Position numbers and translations under genes: made by a program. From Minutocellus sp. GHC0000111 (taxonomy: Eukaryota), in assembly GCA_977018835.1 (NCBI GenBank), contig OZ361259.1, positions 186,001 to 250,000 of the forward strand: a DNA stretch of 64,000 nt. Reading direction: 5' to 3'. Shown here one piece after another: positions 22,935 through 35,157 of this stretch (positions within the stretch are counted from its first letter, which is position 1; every line of letters starts with the position of its first letter). The notes under the pieces were generated by a model. That model saw only the letters and a program-made list of their open reading frames with translations. It had not been told where the DNA came from and did not search any database.

Positions 22935-23480
22935 TGTGCAGCGTTTGTATCAAGCCATGATTTGCCTCGACGTATCGAAGAACGATGAATGTATGTGCTC
23001 GAGCTTGGCTGAAAAAAATATTAGCTTTCTATTCGCGGTTCTGTGGCAGTTGGCTTTGGACCGACCTTAATGGGGAGATGCACTCTATCAAATTCTGGCT
23101 TCGTTCGGCATGTGTTTATCATTTCGGTGTTGATGTTGCATGTAGATCTACAGTTGGGGTAGTCGTGACTGTCATTCGTCTCGGAGATAGTCTATGCCAA
23201 AGAAAAATGCATTGAGGCCATTTCACCGCATCACCTTGACTGCGAAAGCTCTTGCATGCGCCATCCAAAGATATGCAGAAGAATATATATAAACACGAAC
23301 CAATAAGCTTGCCGTTATTGATGATCTATGGCGCTCTCTACTATTCTTATCTCCCCCCTTGAGTGATGACGATGCGTGGATTGCAAATTCCAACACCCGC
23401 ACAGACTGGCATTTCGATCGCTAGCTAGCACCAGCTTGCCACATTTTCTAATAACACTCCCCAGTGGTTCGTAGCATCAA

Positions 23481-23954
23481 TTATCCAAAACAGCTGCATG
23501 CAAAGCATGAAAATCGCGACGTTGCTGGCGTCGTTGGCCGAGTGCTTCCGCCGGCGCTCTCGTGTGGTCGGGCGCGACTTCTAGACTTGGACCGGCCTCT
23601 TTCGTCCATTGCCTTATTGATATTTCCATCGCAATGTGGCGCCAAAGCCAGGACGCCTCTCCGAGTCACGCTCCTTGACCGACTTCGACTTCTGCTTCTA
23701 CTTCTTGATAGAGCTCTCCCTATTCTCTTTGGCGACAATACGTCCATCAACGATCGTTTCTTTTTATCACTGTCTGGCGCGTCGTCTGAAACATCTTTCC
23801 TCGTCCTGCTCCTACCTCTCGGTCTTACGCCTTTGACTGTCCCTTCTCTTGGCGTTCGCGGTGACTTTGCTACGTTGTCGCATTGTTCGGAACCATGCTC
23901 TTTCCTCGGCCTTGTTGCTTTCTTTCTCTGTGGCATGACACGGGCGATGCACAA
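23481..23954 (-). CDS. Small basic RS-rich hypothetical protein
   Basis: ORF with SRSRSR runs and a Cys-containing C-terminus; start uncertain. Confidence 0.35.
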   Translation of the reverse strand: MCIARVMPQRKKATRPRKEHGSEQCDNVAKSPRTPREGTVKGVRPRGRSRTRKDVSDDAPDSDKKKRSLMDVLSPKRIGRALSRSRSRSRSRSRSVTRRGVLALAPHCDGNINKAMDERGRSKSRSRARPHESAGGSTRPTTPATSRFSCFACSCFG

Positions 23955-24879
23955 CAGTCAGAGATGCTGGGAGAGTTCAGGAAGAAATGACCAGCGTTTA
24001 TTTTTCCATTCACCGCGGCGACATCAAATTTGATTGACCGCGTGCGGACATGCGGACATCCAACTTGGAACTTGGATCAAAACTAGAATGGACTGCTAGT
24101 AGGTAGGACTTCGCTAGGCCTACTTCCGAACTGAACCTTAGGCAATTCAAGTGTGTCGGAGCTCAACGAACGGCCGACGAACGCCACAGCGACTGTTTGA
24201 TCTGTGGAAAGAAGCGAAGAGGATGCTTTTATTGTGCTAAGAATCTGTCGGGAAGATGGAGCGACACTTTTTCGTCCTGCTTTGATTTTGAGCATGGAGT
24301 TTTCAGTGCAAATTTTCGGCGACAGTCGGTCGTTTGACGGTTGACGTAAAGACGACACAATGGGATTTCAGACTGTTTCAGATCCAATGCTGACTGATGA
24401 AAGTGTGACACTAGCAGCATGGAGAGGAGAGAGACGGCGCAGTTGCAAAACGCATCAAACAACAAACCAAGGGGGTGTTGGTTGTTTTTGGGGGGTGGGG
24501 GTGTGCACGATTCGTGGCGGTGTGTGAAATGCCTCGACCATGCGTGCCAGAGAGACAGCAAGCTGCCCGATTCCGACTGGTGGAAAAAATTATATTAACA
24601 GAATTTCCCAAATTGGGAAAAATATCATGTTAATGATATTAGAACAGTTACTACACAAGATCAAAGCCAATAGGCGAAGAGATGATGCTGCAGTAACGAA
24701 TGCGAGGGGTGATTTTTGGGGCTTTTGGACCGCGCAAAAATTTGCGCCAGGTCAAAAATGCATCATCAAAATAATTATAAGAGGGATTTAGAGCGGGGGA
24801 ACTTTTCCCATGCTCCCACATTCTGCGCTCAGCTCCAACTTCAGTTTATGTCGAACAACGTTGACGGAGGGTGACGGCA

Positions 24880-27152
24880 ATGAAGCATTACCTCTTGGCG
24901 GCAACGCGCCAAGCTCGTTTCTCGTCTATTTTCCCTTCCTCAATTTCCTCATGCTGCCACATTTCATCCCGCCAAATCTCTTCATATCAGCTGAACCGAG
25001 ATGCGTTTGGTCGTCATCGACGGCTGGCTCCCGATTGTTTGGTGAGCGGCAGCCCCAGCAATCGTCCGCTGGATGCCGCTGATAAAGCCCTACTTGCAGA
25101 GTATCGCATTCAATCCAACTTGGCTGAAACGACAGTTGACAAGAATTTTACCGACCTGACCGGCTTAGATAGGAGTGTTTTGCTCGGCGAAATCAAGGAT
25201 GCAGCTTCCAAGTAGTCACAGGGGATTGAAACTGCTGAGATTGGACCCTCAGGTCGATGGTGCAGGTATTCGCACCTTTTTCCGGGTACCAGCCTCTTGC
25301 TCGGATAAAGAGGCAGCCGTAGAGTACTTGCGAATCAATTACCATGCCGAAATACCGGGGCCAACGTCCCTCTCGGCCGATGAGATGTTAATCGCTCGAA
25401 TTGCTTCTCCCACTCTCGGTGGAACTGAAAATATCATTGTGCGACACATTGATTCCGGAGGAAATGAGCACTCTATATCAATACCAAATTTAGACAGCAT
25501 TGTATTTGGTCCGAATGGGAAAGATATCTATTTTACAACAAAAAGCGATCTTGGCCGGCCCGATTCAGTGTATCGCATATCATTTGATGTTACGAAAGGA
25601 TTTGACGCACCTGAAAATGTGGAACTTTTATTTCATGATGATGACGAACGCAACTTTGTTGAAGTCCGACAAACGAAAGGTAATCGATGGATTATGATAC
25701 AGAGCACGTCGAAAAACAGCAATGAAATTTGTCTTGTTGATGGCAGTGACACTCGCCTTGTTCGCAAGCGTGAGGATGGCGTGATGTACTTTGTTGACTG
25801 TGGAAATGCGGACGATGAGATTTACATTCTTGCGCATAGGATGAGTTTTGATCTGGACGATCAAGATAGTGTCAAAATTGATGGGCTTGGAAAGGAGACG
25901 AGTCTGTTGGCCGCTTCCAGTGCCGATCTCCCGCTTAGCAGCTTCCAAAATGCCAAGACATTATACAAACCAGAGGACAATCATTGAAGACATGGATGTC
26001 TTCAAGGAATTCATTGTTTTGCACGAGCGATCCACTCAAGATGGCAAGCAACGAATATCGATTTGTGAGCTTGGCGGCGGTGTTCCGTCCGCAGGCGTTG
26101 TCCCTTTACCAGAGCAAAGTTTCATTCAGATTACGCCTGGACATAATGCATGCTTTGAGTCGTCGAGCTTTCGTTTCTACGTTGAATAGCCTCTTCATCC
26201 GCCAACGCCCATGGAATATGATGCGAAATCAGGCGCATACTGTGATCAGTGCAATGATTCGAACTCTTTGAACTTTGAGGACTATATTCTGAGAAAAGAG
26301 CTTGCCAACAGTGCCGACGGTACAATGATTCCAATGACTTTGGTTGGCAAAGCGAGCCCGGATGTCGATGGTCCAAGACCAACAGTGCTCGTTGCATATG
26401 GTTCCTATGGCGAGATGAAAGGGCTGGCTTATGACCCGACCCTGGCACCTCTGATCCAACGCAACTTCATTGTAGTATATGCTCATACACGAGGCGGCGG
26501 TGAACTTGGGGCAACATGGAATCAGAAAGGGAGGGGAGAGAAGAAGCCGAGGGCAATCGACGATTTGGCTGCTTGTGCAGATGCCCTTACAAACGAGTTG
26601 GCAGTGACGGAGCCGCATTTGCTTGGAGTAAAAACCTTTTCAGCAGGCGCAGTCATTGTCGCGGGGACTGCAAATAGGCGGCCTGATTTGTTTTCTGCCA
26701 TGTCGCTCGTTTGTCCATTCTTGGATGTGTTTGGTGCAATGTCCGACCCGACTCTTCCCCTAACAGAGCACGAACAGGTTGAATGGGGCGATTCAACCAT
26801 AATCGAAGAATATTGTCCATTCACCAATACCAAGGAGGGCTCTCTTCCACCAACGCTGGTAGTTGGAGCGCTCGATGACTTGAATGTACCGTATTGGTAC
26901 GCCAGTACATATGCTATGAAACGAAAACAGATGAATATTCAGATGAGAGAAGATGATGCAGTTGACGACCAACTGCATCCTGGAGAGACTCACCTCAAGA
27001 TCGAAGAAAGTGGCGGTCACAATCTCCATGGTCGTAGGCTCGATGTTGCATCCCTGGAATCTGCATTTCTCATATCAGAACTCCAGATTAAGAGCAAACA
27101 AGAGGCAAAGAAGGGATCGATGCTTGGCGCGCTTTGGGGCTTGATCAAGTAA
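24880..27152 (+). pseudogene. Oligopeptidase B / prolyl oligopeptidase (S9A) with in-frame TAG at 25213 and 26187 and frameshifts near 25270 and 25980
   Basis: SADGTMIPMTL, AYGSYG, AHTRGGGELG..W, FSAGA (catalytic Ser), PFLDV..AM.DPTLPLT..E..EWG, GGH. Confidence 0.8.
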
Positions 27153-27254
27153 GTTTGTGTAGCCACTTATTTTATTGTTGTATCCCCTTCGTAGCTTTAG
27201 CTTTGTGCCGGCATTCTTATTGAGTCAGATATGTAATGAATACAGCGAGTCTCG

Positions 27255-28046
27255 CTAGCCGTTTATCACATCAACGATAACCCCCATTGTTAGAATAATC
27301 GCAAACGCGCCAATGATTCCATAGAGGGGGATTCGATCGACAAAGTCAATGAGAGGCTTGAAGGTAGAGAGGAAGAATACAACGACGACGAGGACCAATG
27401 TTGCTGCTAGAAACGTTCCGAAACAAAGCTCCAATGGTGTGAAGAGATTAGCAATAAGTAACCCTGGGAAATAAATCACCTCGTCCAATGCTCCGAGCGA
27501 TGTCAAGGAGATTACTGTCATCACAGATGGCGTCTGAGGAATGTCCTCGCCATCATCATCGAAGGAGCTATCACTCGAAAAGGAAGATGAGGAAGAGGCA
27601 TCGTCGTCAAACTCTGCCCCGAGATTTTTCACTATGGAACGCGACCCTTCCTCAATCGATCCATACTGCGCACCACTCCCGGTTCCTGCCGGTCCAGCCG
27701 ATGCTTGCAGTGCCCGTTTTCTTCTCCTTTTCATCACTTTCTTAACGAACAGATAAATCGCAAGTGCCCAGGAGATAGATGCCCCGACGATCCCCATGAC
27801 CACTTCTTCATTCTCTGGCGTGCTGCAACCGCCAAAGATGACTGCCTTCTCAACCAATATGGCCGCCACGACGCAACCGAGCGATAAGGCGGTCAGAGTT
27901 GCTATGAACAGGACACCGTGAGTTATACGCGTCGCTGTCGGCAGTGAAGGGCTCGTGAATTTCAGGAGCCACACGGCGTCATCGGCTGTAGTTGCCGCCA
28001 CCAACGCGGTTGCTGCCGCGATTCCCTTCCAGCTCCAGTTGCCCAT
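27255..28046 (-). CDS. Membrane protein, CadD/LysE-superfamily-like
   Basis: Two TM halves with ATTADD and GALDE motifs separated by an acidic loop. Confidence 0.55.
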   Translation of the reverse strand: MGNWSWKGIAAATALVAATTADDAVWLLKFTSPSLPTATRITHGVLFIATLTALSLGCVVAAILVEKAVIFGGCSTPENEEVVMGIVGASISWALAIYLFVKKVMKRRRKRALQASAGPAGTGSGAQYGSIEEGSRSIVKNLGAEFDDDASSSSSFSSDSSFDDDGEDIPQTPSVMTVISLTSLGALDEVIYFPGLLIANLFTPLELCFGTFLAATLVLVVVVFFLSTFKPLIDFVDRIPLYGIIGAFAIILTMGVIVDVING

Positions 28047-28225
28047 GGTGCGATGATACAGTGGCGTAGCTTCCAACGTCAGTGATCATCTACAAAACTC
28101 TACAACCTTCCTGCAAACCTGCAAAGCAACATTCGGTCCAGAAAAAATGCGTCTGTCTGTCTCCCGCCCCTGCCCCTGGCGACATCTCATTTGGCCGGTT
28201 ACTCGTACTTGAACCAAAGAGAACC

Positions 28226-29399
28226 ATGAGCAAGTACGTCCCCCCTCACCTGAGAGGGCGCGGCAACAGCAGCAGCGCCTCTAGTAGCGCTAGCTTTCCT
28301 GCCCGGAATTCACGCTGGTCGTCCAATCCGAGCAACAATACCGCTAGTAGTCCATCGAGGCGATACAATGACCGCCCGTCACCTGCTCGACCATCTGCTT
28401 CGGCCGGTGGGGGCTCTCGCTGGGGAAATGTGGATGCTTCCTTGATTGGCCCGGCGCCAGCAAGACGGTCGGGCCCACCTTCCTTTAATTCTTCCGACCG
28501 CATGCATCAACGATCTGGTCCAAGGGTTGCATTCTCTGGTGATTCGTTCGTTCGGCTGTTTGGGCTGATTGACAAGCCGACAGTCAAGGTTCGAGGCTTC
28601 AAGGGTGCATCGGCCAAAGGTTTGGGCAGAGAGGGGAATGAGAATCGAACTACCATCACATCCTTCGTCGAGAGCATGGGTAGCAGCGTCGAACGTCTGG
28701 TCTTTGTATTTGGATCGGTCGACGTTCATCTGTCGTTCTACTATATGAAGTACGTCAAGGGTCAAGACATTGATTTGGAAACCATCGCCGAGAAGTATGT
28801 TGATTTTGTGGCAGATCTTCCCTCAGATCCCTCAGTTGTGAAAACTGTTGTTGGGGTTTACTTTAGTCCCCTGGAGGATGCAGATGTTGGGCCAAGCTTG
28901 CACTCTTATGGTTCCTTGACGGAAGAACAGGCCGCTCTCGTGAGCGAATCTGACGATGCCCACCTAAAGAATCGCCAGGAGCGTGTAATGTTGTTCAACC
29001 GTGTTCTCGAGAAGAGATGCGAAGAAAGAAATGTCGAATACTGTGATATCAACACAGAGATGGCCGATACTGAAACACTTGTTATCAAAGATGCGTACAA
29101 GGATGTTTCCAATCATAATATCCATATTGGTAAGTCATATCGTGATGAGATCAGGATGGTAAATGAATTCATATTTTTCTCAAAAATAAATTGCTTTCTT
29201 CCATCTTACTATGGTAGTTTGGGAAACAACCCTCCTTCTTTGGCTTGATAAATGGGAGTGGCTTCGCAATCTGACACCACCAGGGTTTGCGGAGGGATTG
29301 CAAAGGACTCTGGACGAGTACCTCAAAACGAAACCCTGGGCGGAGAAGACCCACGTCGCTCAAACAGCTGGCGTAGATGGGGCGGTGCATCAAAACTAA
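28226..29399 (+). CDS. SGNH-hydrolase-like hypothetical protein; intron 29130-29217
   Basis: GDSF, GASAKGL, FGSVD and D.SNHNIH|VWE motifs; GTAAG...TAG intron restores the frame. Confidence 0.65.
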
Positions 29400-29511
29400 T
29401 TATTTTTGTGATGTGAAGATTTCACTTAAAATAGAAATCTCAGCGATATACTTGTCCTGTTTCCATGTTATGGAGTTATCTATCAGATTCGTTCATATTC
29501 TAATAAAAACT

Positions 29512-31490
29512 CTACCGCACACTTCGCCGACCGCTCTGCCGCATCCACATGCCAACAATCTCGAGTGGATCCTCATCGATGCGGGAATGTCCGTCCAAGA
29601 ATACATCAGTAATTTGAGCACATCCCCACATGTGCAACTTGGAGAGCTGTCGGTCGCATTTATCCACCAGATATCCCAGGCCCTTGTCGCTGATTTTTGC
29701 GCAAAAGCTGACGTTGAGCTCTTCGAGGGAAGAAGAGCTCGTGGCCACCAAATGTTCCATGCTCTTATCGGTGACAGAAGACCCACTGAGGTCGACATAT
29801 ACAAGTCCTCCAAGTGTCGACAATCCAGCCCTAACGATCTTGCTGGCTGCTGTCGATTTGATGCCCTCGGCATGCTTGGAGGACGATGCAAACGCTGCCA
29901 GGTGAAGCACGTCGTCACTGACGGCTCCCTCGTCACAAGAAGACAAATCGAGCTTGCGAAGCTGTGGAGGTTGCGGTAGACCCGGGATATCGTACGTAAA
30001 GAAGGCCTCGAGACCTGCCGGCGTCAAGTTCTTGAGATTCCCAAGGCTCAACGATCGTAGCTTGCCATTCTGATTGCACTTGCGGATGGCCGGGAGACAA
30101 TCGTCGGTCAGCTCCACATTGTGGCTAAGATCGATATGCTCCAGTTCCCCGCCGGTGACTGCCCCAAGCAATGCTGACACGACCTCGTCGTCAACACCTT
30201 CAATCTGTCGCAGTGTCAAACTCTTGAGATTGCGAAGAGCATCCGACGAGGAGGCAATAGTGAGCAAACCCTCCTTGGAAAGCGGCACATCCTCCAAGGA
30301 CAATTCCAACAAACAACCGTTGCTACCCTTGGAGGAAAAGTGATGAGAAATAGCATTGCAAAAGGAAGGCCCGAGTAGATTGCACGCCTTGAATTCAATA
30401 GAAGACAGAGTCGATGCCGTGGCCGCCACCAGAGATGCGGCATCGTCATCCTTCAGCAGATACGCGCCACCGATGCTAATGGCAAACAGATCGTTCTTAG
30501 GAGCAGTAACGATGGCATTGACAGCCTTGGGACCAAAACATCGTCCTGCATGGTTCAACATGAGTGCCCTAAGACCGGCGGGCAGCAGTGCCTCCATGGT
30601 GTCGACCATGGCATCCTGCGTGACGCTGGTGCAATCCACCACGTCCAATGCTTCCACGCCTGCTTCCGCCAGCACATCGAACGCCGCCCCATTCATCTTG
30701 CCGCTGGCGACCAAATACTCGCAGAGTGACCGCCGCACATCGACACCGACATCTCCCAACGCATCGACGGCCTCGAAGTTGTCCACAATCAGATCGATGC
30801 ACATCTTGTACAGACTTGGGATACGACCGGAATTGCCGCTGGCCTCGCGCTGACGGGCCAGCTGCCTCCGTCGCTTGACGTAGTAGTTGGCACCGGCATC
30901 AGCGGTGGCTGCGGCGCCCTGCCACATCATCGAGGGGTTGGCCTTGCGCTTCTTCTCCATCTCCACCTCGTGAATGACGTCGTCCAGGGGATGGAATTCG
31001 CCAAACTCCCGAACTTGTCCGTCGGGTCCCATTTCGGCATTCTGCTGTTCCTCCTCGCGCTTCCGCCGGGCCTCCTCCCGGGCGGCAATGCATTGGCGCG
31101 CGACGCTGAACGGACCGCACCAGGCATCCTCGGCGATGCCATCGATCTTGCCGTCGGATTTGCCGGTGGAAGTGGATCCCTTGACGAACCGGCCCATGGG
31201 GACCGACGCGACGGCGCTCTTGCTCTTGGTGGCATGGCCGAGCTTGGTCGAGCGGAGGGGCTGCGAGGGACGGGCCAGACGAGATGCCTCCCGCTGGGCT
31301 ACCGCGCGGTTCCGAAGACGGACCGAGGAGGGGAGGCGGCTGCCGCCAGCATTGGCGTCGTCGTTGCTGTTCGTTCCAGTGTCTGCTGCGAGGACGATTG
31401 GCTCTTGAGTTGGAGGTTTGCTTTTTGACGTAAGAAAAGCGAACGAAGGCGGGGAGGAGGTGGATTCAGATGTGCTGTCCTCTGTTTTAC
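29512..31490 (-). CDS. RAD7: RAD7-like LRR nucleotide-excision-repair protein, 5' end apparently replaced by copia sequence
   Basis: WCGPFSVA, IPSLYKMCIDLIVDNFEAVDALGDV, multiple Cys-containing LRRs. No ATG before the TE junction; first in-frame ATG at 31197. Confidence 0.7.
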
Positions 31491-33326
31491 ACTGATTAAC
31501 ACCCACCGTCCCTCCCGCTCAGTTACGACGCGAGCTACCACCGCAAGGATTGCACTTGGTGGCGTTATCAACGTGGTTGGGCCCTTTGCAAGTGCATTCA
31601 AAGCTGGGGTGGTTGGACGAATAGCCGCACGTGTGGCAACAATGGCCTCTGGGGAGGATCGACTGCAGTTCCCGCTTCTCCTGGCGGTTGAGGTTAGGAC
31701 CTTGGCCTGGGAAGTGGCCGGCGCCATTCTGCTGGCCACCGCTGTGGCAGCCTCCACTGCCACCAGCATGGTTGCGTCCCTCACGCAGAACGCAGTTCTC
31801 GGCCTTGAGTGAAGCTGTTTCTTGGCGAAGTTTGGCAATGGTGTCATCCTTCTTGTTGCTCTTTTTGGCGAGGTTCGCCATCATGGCTTGGTTGGTCTTG
31901 AGGGCTTCGGTGGCATCAGCCAAAAGGAGATTGGCTCGAGAAAGAAATGGATCCTCCGAGGCCAATGAGGCCAAATTCGCGCCATGACATCCTGCCGCTT
32001 CGGTGGTGGTGTTGGCCATCTTCTTGTCACACCAATCGCGGAAGTCCGACTGCATGTTGGTTGGCCCACGTGCGTTCGGCCTCCGGTCTGTCGCCCCAGT
32101 CCTCCCATGCCTTCTTTGCCAATGAGAACCTGTGCACGGAGCGGCAGAACTTGGAGACCTTTTGCTTGTTGGTGAAGGGTTCGCCGGCCGTTTCAAACGC
32201 CTTGAAGACTTTGTTGAACATGGCGATGTGGGTGTCGATGGGTCCCCCGTCGTGCTGCTTCTCGAGCTGCTTCTCTAGTTCCTCCTTCTGAGTCTCGTTG
32301 AATTTCAAGCAGCGATCGGCAATGCTGTCGATGATTTGGCGGATGGTGACTGGCTGGAAACCGAGCACGTCATCTTCGAGATGATTGATGTAGACGACGT
32401 CGATCGAGTTGAGGAGGAGATTCTTGAGCGCCGTGTTGACTTGCTCGCACAAGTTGTGGTGGCCCTTTTCGATGTGTGACATCCCCGGATTGCACGATCG
32501 CGTTGGTCTAGATTGGCCACAGCGGGAACGGTGGGGCTGGGGCCAGGATTTGCCGGAGGCACATGTGGTCGGACGTTGCTTTTGGTGGTGTGTTCGGCAT
32601 CGCTGACGACGAGGCCCAAATGGCCGAGGTCATGTGTGGTCATTGCACCCTCCTGCTGGAATGCTGGCCGCCGCTTGTTGAAGCTCCTTGAGCGCTTTGG
32701 CAACACGCTCGCGTTGGTTGGGGAGGTTGTCCTGGGTCATTCATGCGTGTGATTAACTTGGTGGGGAGAATCGGCGCTGCGCCGAGAGGTTGGCCAAAAA
32801 CTGCGTCGGGATTCATGCTGGTGTTTCAGTCAGCGAAGACAGGCAGCACGGCGGTGTTGCTGCGAGACGCGTGATCGACAGAAGGCTCGATCGATCCAGA
32901 GAAGTGTGATCGATTGGTTGGATGGGTCGATCTGGTCAGGACTTTCGGGGAAGGGATTGGATCGTCGTTCCAACATTGTCGAAAGAAACGGTCGTTTTGG
33001 CCGATTGAGTGAAGATGTGTCGGTTTTTCTTGCGCGTGTGACGAGTGAGAACCAACCCAAGACAAACCGGTGAGAGGAGGTGCGAACCGAAATGGGGCGA
33101 GCACGGGTGGAAAAGATGTATCACGTAGGTCTGCTAAGAGGTCCTAAAGCTAAGCTAGATAGACATAGCTAGTAGAGGTTAACAGGACCTACGTAGATGA
33201 AAAATGGGCCATCGGAGATGTCGTTGGCCCATGGATCAACGGTCAGGAGAGGGCACTGAGTCAGTGGTCTGATCACCGCACGCACCGTGCGTATGTATAC
33301 GTACGTACGTATCCCACGGTATCAAC
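31490..33326 (-). mobile_element. Truncated Ty1/copia (CoDi-like) LTR retrotransposon: 5' LTR plus degenerate gag (about 31519-32816); pol and 3' LTR missing
   Basis: LTR start TGTTGATA at 33326 (minus strand). Gag motifs GHLGLVVSDAE..., P.NPGP.P, WEDW..RP...RTWAN, and CHTCGY...H.S.EC....P.H...AT..NP.GGS. Confidence 0.8.
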
Positions 33327-33797
33327 ATAAATACATATAGTGAATAAATAATAATATCTAGCTAGCTGCTTCTGGCAAATATAAGTCATGAACTGTACAT
33401 GCATCTGTGCTATGCCGGCATCATGTTGCTACTGTACCAGTACATGTAGCTTGCAAATTCAAGATATGATGCACAGTGCAACTTGTATTGTATAGATAGA
33501 TCTACCAGTACATAATCATTGTGCATGAGCCAACACCGGCAGTTACCATTCTGACACTTGCCGAGAATGCCAGTTTCCAAACTGGTATTCATTTTTGTTC
33601 CAGTTCGCGAACTCGTCTGGTTCCCAAATTCGGATTGGCGTGTTTATCTCAGTTTCCATTCTGGTAGTATCAGTGCGCAAACTGAGATCCTAGTTTGGGA
33701 ACTGGTGCCCAGTGCGCAAACTGGGATAAATGAATCTCAGTTCGCAAACTGGGATCCCAGTTCGCGAACTGGGACAGTGCGCATTTTGGGACTAACA
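33327..33797 (-). mobile_element. Partial copy of the 750-bp MITE, cut by the copia LTR
   Basis: Near-identical revcomp of about 36491-36958; intact terminus GGGACTAACA|TATA at 33797. Confidence 0.9.
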
Positions 33798-33936
33798 TAT
33801 ATATTACAAATCAGCAAAGATTGTCATTAGTAGGCGAGTTAATATACATACACATAGGAGAGTGCATGTAGCAGTTTGATGCTATGCATGTGCTCTTACA
33901 CACATGAAGCTATGCATGTACTCTTTTGCACATGAA

Positions 33937-34610
33937 TCAGTCGCTGTCAGCAAGATTTGTAGTCATGCAGTCATCGTCCCAGACATCAACCCACTTTGGT
34001 TCGAGCCCATGTTCGTGAGCGTACCTACTGATGAGATCATGGACCATGTCGAGAGCCATGAGCACATCATGGGTAGGTTGGACGCATGCAGCAATTCTCA
34101 GTTCACACCGAACAATCCTTCCAATAATCAATCTATCCCTCACTGCCAGCTCAGACCATTTCATGAAGCCCTCGAGTTTGGCAGTACGGACTACGATCAG
34201 CTGACTACGATGAGATCCCCATCGACCTTTCGAATGTCGTCGGCATATTTTGACACATTTCGAAGCTCCTCGGAATCACAAGGACCCAAGAATGACAGAT
34301 ATTCACCCATGGCGACTATGAGTGGTTGATTCTCGGCATTACGACCGGAAGGAATCTTCACTCCATCGACATTCCAATCATTACCTTCTCTTCGATTGGA
34401 AGGGGTTGTGCCAGCACCTCCCTTCTTGGTGCTGGAGCTGAGAGCGGCAGTCGCCTGGTCTTTGGAGATTTCATTAACCAAAGCCTTCAAAACAAGAACT
34501 GCATTTGCAATCTTGTTTGCCGCGACAATGGCGAGGCCGGCGGCAGCGACATTCGCAGCAGCATTTGCGATCGGCACAAACGCCTTGAGCGAAGACATAC
34601 TGGCGGGCAA
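33937..34610 (-). pseudogene. Orphan ORF interrupted by a short tandem duplication (possibly TE-borne)
   Basis: ORFs 34197-34610 and 33937-34164 join if the duplicated ATCGTAGTC unit near 34190-34215 is removed. Confidence 0.35.
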
Positions 34611-34686
34611 TGATTACAAGTGGCGGGCGCGGGCATGTGGCGGGTGTGGCGCGACATCAACAAGCGCCACGCACGACAATCGTCAC

Positions 34687-34876
34687 TGGCGTCTTTATTC
34701 GTTGAACAAGTCATCTGGAGTTGGCGTTTTTATTCCTAGTAAATGACTGCAGAATAAAGACGCCAAGCTCCAGATATTTGACAGCAGAGAGAGCAAAGAA
34801 TAAAGACGCTGGAGCCGAATAAAAACGTTGGAGCTTCCGGGTTCTTTGAAAAAAGACGCCACGAATAAAGACGCCA
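34687..34876. repeat. Array of 7 copies of GAATAAAGACGCCA (2 inverted, 5 direct)
   Basis: Copies at about 34687, 34722 (minus) and 34752, 34798, 34817, 34848, 34863 (plus). Confidence 0.85.
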
Positions 34877-35157
34877 ATTCCAGGGATATCCCAGCAGCAT
34901 CCTTCTTCTCGCGACGCGCGCCCAAGTTCTCAACTTATTGCCCCTGAGGAATTTGTCACTTCCGGAAGTCTGGGCGTGTCAGGGGGCTTACTGCCGTAAT
35001 TTGAGCTGATTTTGCCAGGCACTTTCCCCCTTTCAGTGCAATAAGTACGAGAAAGACTCTTGATGGCACTGCATCGTATCCAAGATCCCTTTTCAACAAT
35101 CGTATCATTTCACCATTTCACCGTACCTAGGCCTACTTTGAACGTATTCGCCGAAAG

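Noticed and set aside
33558..33830. Near-identical ~90-aa ORFs at 33558-33830 and 36449-36730
   Set aside because: Spurious frames inside two copies of a non-coding MITE.
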